DNA of 32,000 nucleotides. It comes from Thermofilum pendens Hrk 5 (lineage in GTDB: Archaea; Thermoproteota; Thermoprotei; Thermofilales; Thermofilaceae). A program made the translations under genes and the position numbers. Each line of letters opens with the position of its first letter. The first letter of the stretch is position 1. The DNA lies in NCBI RefSeq assembly GCF_000015225.1, contig NC_008698.1:1620001-1652000 (forward strand). The letters are read 5' to 3'. Of the stretch, positions 23,713 to 30,038 are shown piece after piece. Below the pieces are notes generated by a model. The model saw only the letters and a program-made list of their open reading frames with translations. It searched no databases and had not been told where the DNA came from.

Positions 23713-25086
23713 CTAAGCCAGGATCCTCGCCCTCTCCTCCGCCAGCTCCTCGGCGACCCTCACGAACTCCTCCTCAGGCACACCCTCCGGCCCCACATCC
23801 AACCTCTCGACAACAGCCCTCCTCCCCTCAGCCCTGAGCAAGTAGGCCGCCACGAGCCCTGGATCCAAAACCTCGGCCGCGCTGTACCCCAGCCTCTCCG
23901 CCACACCCGGCGACGAGGACAACGCCACCATGTTGCTAACCGCGTAGAGCAGGTAATCGCTGTGCGTCGAGAGGACCACCACCTTCCCGTGCTTCTTGAC
24001 AGCCCTAGCGATAAGCCTCGCTAAAGCCTTCTGCGCCCGAGGATGCAGGTGGGCCTCGGGCTCCTCGATAAACACTAGCCATGGTTGCTCTGGAACCACG
24101 AGGGCCAGCGCTACAGCTAGCGACTCGCGCACACCCGAGGGGGCGCGGGGCAGGGGAAGCCTCTGGCCACTCCACGTGTTGACGTATACTGCGCGCACCC
24201 CGCCCTCCGGGATTGCCTCCACGCTACAACCGAGCTCTCTCAGAAAGTCCTCCAAGTCTCCCGTGTCGACCTTCCCCTCGGCCAGGCTCTCGGCCAGCAT
24301 GAAGTAGGCGTCCCTGAAGTGCTCGTCGGGGTACAACACGTCCTTAAGCAAGCTAGGCCTAGCGTAGGGCTTAAGGAGGATCCTTGAAAGCCCAGCCCTG
24401 CTGTCAGGCAGAAGCACGGAAACGCCGGGAGCCTCGAAGAAGATGTCGAGAGCCTTGTACAAATAAATCGCTAACACCTTGAGCACCGCGTCAACCAAGT
24501 CGGACGGACTCAAAACCGCTTCGTCGTACAGACTGACGCCGGAGAGCCTATGAATAATCCTAAGCCTCCCAGGCGCCGGCACAGTGACCTCTAGCTCGTC
24601 CAGGAAGCCCTCGTAGGGTTTGTGCCGGCTCACTGCGAGGCGCCCACCCTCAATCACGAACTCGATGGAGGAAAACGAGCCCGCAACACCCACAACCGCC
24701 CGCCCCGAGCCGCTCCGCACGAGCTCCTGCAGACCAGCGCCGAACACTTCCTCGAGCGTCCTGCCGAGGCCCGTAGCGAGGGCCCCGGGAAGCGCCTCCA
24801 GGTATAGCTTGAGGAGCCTCTTGAAGCTATCCCGGGACGCAGACCCTTTCTCGACACCCTCCAAAACCTCGCCTACGAGCTCCCCTGCCCCGAGCTCTGA
24901 GACAGCCTCGCCGAGCAACTTTAAGTCGGGCATCGCTACTGTCAGCGCCCACACTAGCTGCAATAGCATCGACTTACCCACACTGTTCCTGCCCACGAGA
25001 ACCGTCAGCGGCCTAACCTCTATACTCGCCTCCTCGAAAGGACCGAAGTCCCTCACGTATACACGCGCATTAACAGGCATTCCCAT
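23713..25086 (-). CDS. ABC/SMC-like ATPase (AAA_15/AAA_21 type)
   Basis: N-terminus VYVRDFGPFEEASIEVRPLTVLVGRNSVGKS (Walker A). LLPDSRAG, signature-like PSGVRESLAVALAL, Walker B plus D-loop WLVFIEEPEAHLHP, and STHSDYLL. Start ATG 25086 or 25080; the ORF track uses TTG 25089. Confidence 0.85.
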   Translation of the reverse strand: MGMPVNARVYVRDFGPFEEASIEVRPLTVLVGRNSVGKSMLLQLVWALTVAMPDLKLLGEAVSELGAGELVGEVLEGVEKGSASRDSFKRLLKLYLEALPGALATGLGRTLEEVFGAGLQELVRSGSGRAVVGVAGSFSSIEFVIEGGRLAVSRHKPYEGFLDELEVTVPAPGRLRIIHRLSGVSLYDEAVLSPSDLVDAVLKVLAIYLYKALDIFFEAPGVSVLLPDSRAGLSRILLKPYARPSLLKDVLYPDEHFRDAYFMLAESLAEGKVDTGDLEDFLRELGCSVEAIPEGGVRAVYVNTWSGQRLPLPRAPSGVRESLAVALALVVPEQPWLVFIEEPEAHLHPRAQKALARLIARAVKKHGKVVVLSTHSDYLLYAVSNMVALSSSPGVAERLGYSAAEVLDPGLVAAYLLRAEGRRAVVERLDVGPEGVPEEEFVRVAEELAEERARILA

Positions 25087-25107
25087 CAACGCATCCAGCG
25101 CAACACT

Positions 25108-25117
25108 CTATTAAACC
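25108..25117 (-). promoter_or_regulatory. TATA-like box GGTTTAATAG for the ATPase operon
   Basis: Centred 27-33 nt upstream of the candidate ATG starts, implying a leaderless or near-leaderless transcript. Confidence 0.45.
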
Positions 25118-25242
25118 TGACGAAGACCCCCCGCGCACTAAAGCCAAAAGCCTCACCCATACGCCTGGATAGGCGGGGAAGCTGAACGCAGGCCCCGGCA
25201 CCGCAACCCTTAAGCGCGGAAAGCCACGTCCAAAGCGCGGCC

Positions 25243-25608
25243 ATGCGTGCACACAAACCTCCCGGCAGAGAACCGGTACTACTGGAAGCCCCGGGCTTGC
25301 AGAACGCCCCCGTACTGGAGGCCAGGCTCCTGCACGACGAGAGCATCGGGACCTACCTACAGGTCACACTGAGCTGCGGAGCCAGGGAGGCCCTAGAGCT
25401 GTGGGAAAGAGCGGCGGGCGCCGCGAGGCTCCTCGGCGTGCCAGTGCTAATCTACTGGACAGGACCCACCGACCCGCCGCCCTCCGAGCTGGGAGCCAGA
25501 CTGGGCAGGATACTAGCCAAGATGGGCGTATTCCTGGCGACTAAGGAACCCATAGACACCCTCCAAGCCCTCAAAGAAGAGCGGGCGACAAGCCCTCCCC
25601 CGAAGTGA
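25243..25608 (+). CDS. Hypothetical protein
   Basis: 121-aa ORF divergent from the ATPase operon. Codon pattern looks coding, but there is no recognisable motif or clear promoter, and the start is uncertain. Confidence 0.35.
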   Translation: MRAHKPPGREPVLLEAPGLQNAPVLEARLLHDESIGTYLQVTLSCGAREALELWERAAGAARLLGVPVLIYWTGPTDPPPSELGARLGRILAKMGVFLATKEPIDTLQALKEERATSPPPK

Positions 25609-25718
25609 CCTCCACTCACGAGTCGCGCGCACCGCTTCAGCGTTAAAACACGTCTCCGCCTGAACTCACCAAAAATTCATATAAGCTGGCGGGCGTACAG
25701 CGTAATTGGAAAACTGTA

Positions 25719-26534
25719 ATGGCCATTCCATCCATTGACTGGTCCAGGCTCGAAGAGGTAGTCGAAAGAGCCGTGAGGAGAGCTAGGGCCGATGAGCTGA
25801 GAGACCTAGCCGAGGCCGTCAAAGTGCTCGCCGAGTACATGAAGACAGGCTTCGAAAGCACGCTCAGAGCCATAGAGGACCACTCCAAGATGATAGAGGA
25901 GCTAACCAAGGAGGTCAGAAATAACTCCAGAATCCTCGAAGAACACTCGAAAGTCCTTGGAGAGCATTCTAGGAGAATAGAAGAACTGGCCGGAGAGATC
26001 AGAAATCACTCCAGAGTCCTCGAAGAGCACTCCAAGAGATTAGAGGAGCTAACCAGGGAGGTCAGAAATCACTCTAGAATCCTTGAAGAACACTCCGAGA
26101 GGCTGAAAGAGCTGACCAAGAGCGTGGGAGAGCTGAAGGCCGCCGTAGGGTCCATCGGCAGGAGGTGGGGCAGGGACCTCGAGAAGCTCGTCTACGAGCT
26201 GTACAAAGACGCGCTGCTAGGACTCGGCGTGAAGGACGTCGGCAAGATAGAAAAGTACACGTACGTCGACATAGACGGGAAGTACTACAGGAGAGGCGCC
26301 AGGATAGAGCTAGACATATACATGCACGACACCAGCGTCTACTTCATCGAGGTGAAAAGCCTCCTGGAAGTAGACGACGTGTACTGGTTCAACGAGAAGT
26401 GCGGCATCGTATCCAAGATCATAGGCAGAACGCCGACCAGGAGAATCATCGTAGCAGTGAACGCCGCGAAGGAAGCCATCGAAGCAGCACGAGAACTCGG
26501 CATCGACGTAGTCTACGGCTCGATAGTAGACTGA
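25719..26534 (+). CDS. His-rich coiled-coil repeat protein with canonical PD-(D/E)XK C-terminal domain (DUF3782-like by memory)
   Basis: Eleven-residue-type repeats (EEHSKxLEELTxEVRNHSRILE, several copies), then ELDIYM...VYFIEVKS (D...ExK) and RRIIVAVNAAKEAIEAARELGIDVVYG. Confidence 0.8.
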   Translation: MAIPSIDWSRLEEVVERAVRRARADELRDLAEAVKVLAEYMKTGFESTLRAIEDHSKMIEELTKEVRNNSRILEEHSKVLGEHSRRIEELAGEIRNHSRVLEEHSKRLEELTREVRNHSRILEEHSERLKELTKSVGELKAAVGSIGRRWGRDLEKLVYELYKDALLGLGVKDVGKIEKYTYVDIDGKYYRRGARIELDIYMHDTSVYFIEVKSLLEVDDVYWFNEKCGIVSKIIGRTPTRRIIVAVNAAKEAIEAARELGIDVVYGSIVD

Positions 26535-26581
26535 AACGCCAGAACGTAAGGCAACGCGCCGACACACAGCTACCCGGACAG

Positions 26582-26935
26582 TCAGAGCGCCGGCACCGCC
26601 TCAACCCTTCTAAACTGTTTCGTCGTAGGGTCAACCTCTAGTGCCAAGTTCTCGAGAGCCGTGACACCCAGAACCTCCGCGTCACCCTCCCTAGCGAAAA
26701 CAACAATACACGTCGCCCTCTCACCCATGCACCCAATAACGGCCTCACCGATCTCGCGCTCAACAACCCTACCCCCAATCGTCCCGAACACCCTCCTACC
26801 CGTAGGCTCAATGCCCAGCCCCCTTAACCTGCCACCCTCAATCCACGTATACATAGAGCCCGTATCGACCAAAAGCTCGAAGCCAGCACACCTAGACCTA
26901 TCGCGAAGATTGCACACCTCGACCCTAGCAACCAC
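26582..26935 (-). CDS. Retropepsin-like (clan AA) aspartic protease, intact
   Basis: ELLVDTGS catalytic motif and C-terminal LGVTALENLALEVDPTTKQF. GTG 26935 is preferred because a CTTATAG box lies 27 nt upstream; the ORF track extends to 27025. Confidence 0.75.
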   Translation of the reverse strand: MVARVEVCNLRDRSRCAGFELLVDTGSMYTWIEGGRLRGLGIEPTGRRVFGTIGGRVVEREIGEAVIGCMGERATCIVVFAREGDAEVLGVTALENLALEVDPTTKQFRRVEAVPAL

Positions 26936-27108
26936 GCAACTACTCAAGGCACCCCCACTATAAGCTAGCTCGTAGCTTTTTACAATCAACGCGGGCGCCG
27001 CGACCAAGCACCCTCGGTCGAGCACGCGAAGACATGCCCACCGCGGATCAAGCGGCTACGCGCGCGTAACTTTTCATAGTTCTACAATTACGCTTGCATC
27101 CACCGCTC

Positions 27109-27357
27109 CTACTCCTGACTAGACACAACTCTTTTCCCCTCCTTCTCCCTCAACACGGCAACGTCTTCATACACGGGTACGTCCTCCCTGAGCTCCGTCA
27201 CCCCCAGCCTCCTCCTAAGAGCATCCACAGCCACAACGCCATACTTCTCGCACAAAACCTCCTCAACAGCCCTAACCACATCCTCCTCGCCGACAAAGCA
27301 AGGCACCTCGACAACAACCTTCTTGCGAGCTCCCACGACGCTCACGCCCCACTCCAC
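27109..27357 (-). CDS. Hypothetical small acidic protein
   Basis: Glu/Val-rich ORF with a coding-like codon pattern; the opposite-strand ORF is Pro/Leu/His-rich and looks spurious. The start is uncertain: GTG 27357 is chosen because the ORF-track start at 27411 lies upstream of the TATA-like element at 27395-27406. Confidence 0.4.
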   Translation of the reverse strand: MEWGVSVVGARKKVVVEVPCFVGEEDVVRAVEEVLCEKYGVVAVDALRRRLGVTELREDVPVYEDVAVLREKEGKRVVSSQE

Positions 27358-27391
27358 AATAAACTCCGGCGTTGAAATACCTTTCCACCCG

Positions 27392-27408
27392 AACCTTATA
27401 TTTCTGAG
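27392..27408. repeat. 17-bp direct repeat copy A (AACCTTATATTTCTGAG) with TATA-like core
   Basis: Identical to 27464-27480. Lies at the 5' edge of the minus-strand ORF. Confidence 0.9.
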
Positions 27409-27463
27409 CACCCAGATCCCCGGCTAGTGTCTGCGCTATTGGCTCAACCTTGTGTGCTCGGAA

Positions 27464-27480
27464 AACCTTATATTTCTGAG
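27464..27480. repeat. 17-bp direct repeat copy B (AACCTTATATTTCTGAG), probable vapB promoter
   Basis: Identical to 27392-27408. The TTATATTT core is centred 35 nt upstream of ATG 27506. Confidence 0.9.
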
Positions 27481-27505
27481 TAACAAGATGGTATCTGAGA
27501 AAATT

Positions 27506-27757
27506 ATGATATCCGAGGTCAGAGTAAGGCTCAGCAAAAAGAACACCCTATACATACCGAAAAGCATAGCCAAAGCCGTTGGAATCAGGGAGGGCTCCAA
27601 GCTGAAACTCAGGGTCGAGGGCCACCGCATAATAATCGAGCCCGTGCCTGACCCCTTCGAGCTCGCACTACACGGCTCCAAGTTCGCCGAAACCACGTTT
27701 GAGGAATTCGAAAAGGAATCGGAGGAGCTCCAAGATGAGCTCTTCGGCCAGGATTAG
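27506..27757 (+). CDS. vapB: AbrB/SpoVT-type antitoxin (VapB-like)
   Basis: MISEVRVRLSKKNTLYIPKSIAKAVGIREGSKLKLRVEGHRIIIEPV is a swapped-hairpin AbrB pattern. Alternative starts are 27488 and 27452. Confidence 0.75.
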   Translation: MISEVRVRLSKKNTLYIPKSIAKAVGIREGSKLKLRVEGHRIIIEPVPDPFELALHGSKFAETTFEEFEKESEELQDELFGQD

Positions 27758-28214
27758 GATACTCTTGGACTCGACGTACCTGTTGCCTATAGTCGGTGTG
27801 AACGTCGAGGGTGTAGAGGGTACATTAGCTCTACTAAAGAAGCTCCGCGACAGCGGTGTTGCCGAGTACTACTACACGCAGTTCAATATCTTAGAAATCG
27901 TGGGCAAGCTGAGCAGGGTTGGGTACAACAGCAGTAGAGCACTCGCAGGCCTTGCATCCATCTTCGAGGAGTTCATAGAGGAAAGCCCGACAGTGGAGGG
28001 AGTTATGAAAGCGCTCGAGCTGAGAAGGAAAGGCCACAGAGACCTAATAGACCTCCTACTCTACACAACATCACTAACCAGAGGCCTACTCTTCCTCACC
28101 AGGGACGTCCACCTGGTAGGGTTCCTCAAGAAGCAAGGAGAACCCACCCACAACGTAATACTCGAAGAAGAACTCGCCGAAAAGTACGGGCAAAGCCCCG
28201 CCAAAAACATTTAA
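27735..28214 (+). CDS. vapC: PIN-domain toxin (VapC-like)
   Basis: IRILLDSTYLLP, FNILEIVGKL, DLIDLLLYTTSL and FLTRDVHL. ATG 27735 overlaps the antitoxin end by 23 nt; the ORF track starts at 27699. Confidence 0.8.
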   Translation: MSSSARIRILLDSTYLLPIVGVNVEGVEGTLALLKKLRDSGVAEYYYTQFNILEIVGKLSRVGYNSSRALAGLASIFEEFIEESPTVEGVMKALELRRKGHRDLIDLLLYTTSLTRGLLFLTRDVHLVGFLKKQGEPTHNVILEEELAEKYGQSPAKNI

Positions 28215-28255
28215 CACCACACGCACCGACACACCACGCCCACAGGTGGCAACGC

Positions 28256-28474
28256 TTGAACACCACTAGCGCGAAGGTCCCCAACCGGGTTAAAAAGATA
28301 CTCGAAAAGCGCGGCGCAAAAGTATCCAAGCCCACCGGGAAGGCGCCGACCGCGGAGAAAACCGGCGAAGAAGAGCTGAGAAAAGCCCTCGACGAATTTG
28401 CCAGCACGCTGAAAGACAAGATAGACCCCCGCGCGTGGGCTGAGATAATCGATGAAAACCGCAAATCACGGTGA
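28256..28474 (+). CDS. Hypothetical small Lys/Glu-rich protein
   Basis: 72-aa ORF with a TTG start and no motif. An antisense 120-aa ORF overlaps it, so coding status is uncertain. Confidence 0.3.
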   Translation: MNTTSAKVPNRVKKILEKRGAKVSKPTGKAPTAEKTGEEELRKALDEFASTLKDKIDPRAWAEIIDENRKSR

Positions 28475-28630
28475 AAACGCGTAGCCAAGCATCCCGAGAA
28501 GATGTAGAAATTGAAGAGAATAAGGTAAGAGACCTACTCAGGTAGCTCCGCTAGCCTCGCGCATACGTCCTTAAAAGTGGTATTAAGTAACGAAGTAATA
28601 TATACGAGCCTGCTTTTTAGTTGCTTAGGT

Positions 28631-28996
28631 ATGGCAAGAAAGAAGAGCTACCGTGCAAGTAGCCCGCTAAAGTACGAGTATAAGATGTACAGGCTGTTCG
28701 GCGGCAATGCACCCGAAGGACTTATCGCTCAGCTTGTAGCCACTCTGAGGAGCGAGTACGAGAAGAACTACGGCTTCTACAGGCAGGCTTGGGAAAGCCT
28801 CAAAAAACAGACTTGGGTTCAGCAGTTGCCCAAAGGCGAGTACGGTAAGCTTAAGGCAGCCCTGAACTACCTGCTTAAGGCTCTACGGGACAAGAAGCTC
28901 GCGCCCGAGGACACCCTCATCGAACTTACTAAGGTCATAGGTCTTTCCGATGACGTAGCACAAAGGTTGATCGATTTCGTTCAGCACTACTGCTAA
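28631..28996 (+). CDS. Hypothetical protein
   Basis: ATG 28631 (MARKKSYRASSPLKYEYK...) is preceded by AATATATAC about 20 nt upstream. The ORF track starts at 28577. No recognisable family. Confidence 0.5.
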   Translation: MARKKSYRASSPLKYEYKMYRLFGGNAPEGLIAQLVATLRSEYEKNYGFYRQAWESLKKQTWVQQLPKGEYGKLKAALNYLLKALRDKKLAPEDTLIELTKVIGLSDDVAQRLIDFVQHYC

Positions 28997-29028
28997 AGAG
29001 CTGAGCAAAGAACGAAGAACACTAGGAG

Positions 29029-29085
29029 AAAAAGCCAACCGAAGCCGAAAAAGCCTAATTAGAAGAAGCTGAGAAGTCCAAAAAA
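29029..29085 (-). terminator. Three oligo-T tracts (T5, T5, T6 on minus strand) downstream of rmlC
   Basis: Plus-strand A5 at 29029-29033, A5 at 29048-29052 and A6 at 29080-29085, within a purine-rich spacer between convergent genes. Confidence 0.4.
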
Positions 29086-29134
29086 TCGAAGAAGAAAGAC
29101 ACCCGCTCCCCCGCTAGCTTTACGTAGCCCGCGG

Positions 29135-29692
29135 CTACAGCGGGTACTCGAAGTTCGTCTCAGCCTCCCTGAACAACGGGCACCTCGAATCCCTACCACT
29201 CACCACAGCCCCCTCCACCCTCGGCCACCTAATCCCGAGATCAGGATCCCTCCAGAAAATACACCTCTCGTGCTGAGGACTATACTCCTTCGTCACGAAG
29301 TAGAGGAAGAAAGAATCCTCCAAAGCCTGAAAACCGTGAGCAAAGCCCGGAGGAACCCAAAGCGCGAAGCCCGGCTCCAACACCACAGACACATGCCTCC
29401 CAAACCACGGCGACCCCCTCCTAATATCCACCGCCACGTCGAAAACCCTACCACTCACCACGTACACAAGCTTCCCCTGCTCCATCGGCTTAAGCTGGTA
29501 GTGAAGAGCCCTAACAACCCCAGCCCTCGAAAAGCTAAGATTCACCTGGACAAAGCCGTACGGCACACCCCCCGAGAGGAACTCAGTCCTCTTGTACAGC
29601 TCCGCGAAGAAACCCCTCTCATCGGGGAAAACCGCGTACTCGACGAGCACCACGTCCGGAATCTCAAGCCTCCTAAACGACTTAAACGGCAC
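29135..29692 (-). CDS. rmlC: dTDP-4-dehydrorhamnose 3,5-epimerase
   Basis: LEIPDVVLVEYAVFPDERGFFAELY, RALHYQ, KLVYVVSGRVFDVAVDIRRGSPWFG and PPGFAHGF (cupin RmlC pattern). GTG 29692 is preferred; GTG 29707 and the ORF-track start at 29791 are alternatives. Confidence 0.85.
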   Translation of the reverse strand: MPFKSFRRLEIPDVVLVEYAVFPDERGFFAELYKRTEFLSGGVPYGFVQVNLSFSRAGVVRALHYQLKPMEQGKLVYVVSGRVFDVAVDIRRGSPWFGRHVSVVLEPGFALWVPPGFAHGFQALEDSFFLYFVTKEYSPQHERCIFWRDPDLGIRWPRVEGAVVSGRDSRCPLFREAETNFEYPL

Positions 29693-29708
29693 CAGACACA
29701 CCCCCACG

Positions 29709-29993
29709 TCACTCCTCGGCAAACATGTCCAGCGCAAGCCCAGTATCGTAGAACCTCGTCCTAAGAATACCCCTCGCCCTCGAAGTATCAAGGCTCGAAT
29801 CCCTAGGCCTCCTAGCCACCCACCCCTTCATCTCCGCCGCGCTCACAGCATCCACGAGGTCAGCCGAGTAGCCAAGCCTCTCGGCAAGCCTAACGGCGAA
29901 CTCGTACCTCGACATCCTCTTGCATGTGTAGTACTTACACCATGAACTCCATGGAGCTAAGCTACAAATCCTGAGACAGCAAGACAGAACCAA
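29709..29993 (-). pseudogene. rmlD: 5'-truncated remnant of dTDP-4-dehydrorhamnose reductase (rmlD C-terminal approx. 70 aa)
   Basis: SRYEFAVRLAERLGYSADLVDAVSAAEMKGWVARRPRDSSLDTSRARGIL matches the C-terminal end of RmlD-type reductases. The N-terminal Rossmann part (about 200 aa) is absent, and other frames upstream show nothing similar. Confidence 0.55.
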
Positions 29994-30015
29994 CAGTCCT
30001 CAAACCGTAGGCTTT

Positions 30016-30030
30016 AAAAATGTAAAAAAA
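30016..30030 (-). terminator. Oligo-T terminator (T7 and T5 on minus strand) after the protease gene
   Basis: The minus strand reads ATTTTTTTACATTTTTAAAG immediately after stop codon 30039-30041. The TTTTTAAA part could double as a TATA box for the downstream remnant/rmlC. Confidence 0.5.
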
Positions 30031-30038
30031 TTTATTTT

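Noticed and set aside
28126-28488. 120-aa minus-strand ORF overlapping the vapC 3' end and the small plus-strand ORF.
   Set aside because: Its peptide is Ser/Arg/Phe-rich and low-complexity, and it is antisense to a well-supported PIN gene. It has no start context.
28997-29105. Purine-rich (A/G) spacer that reads as a basic peptide after the stop at 28996. I considered stop-codon readthrough or a missed gene.
   Set aside because: It is interrupted by stops in the continuing frame. It is better explained as the oligo-T terminator region of the convergent minus-strand rmlC gene.
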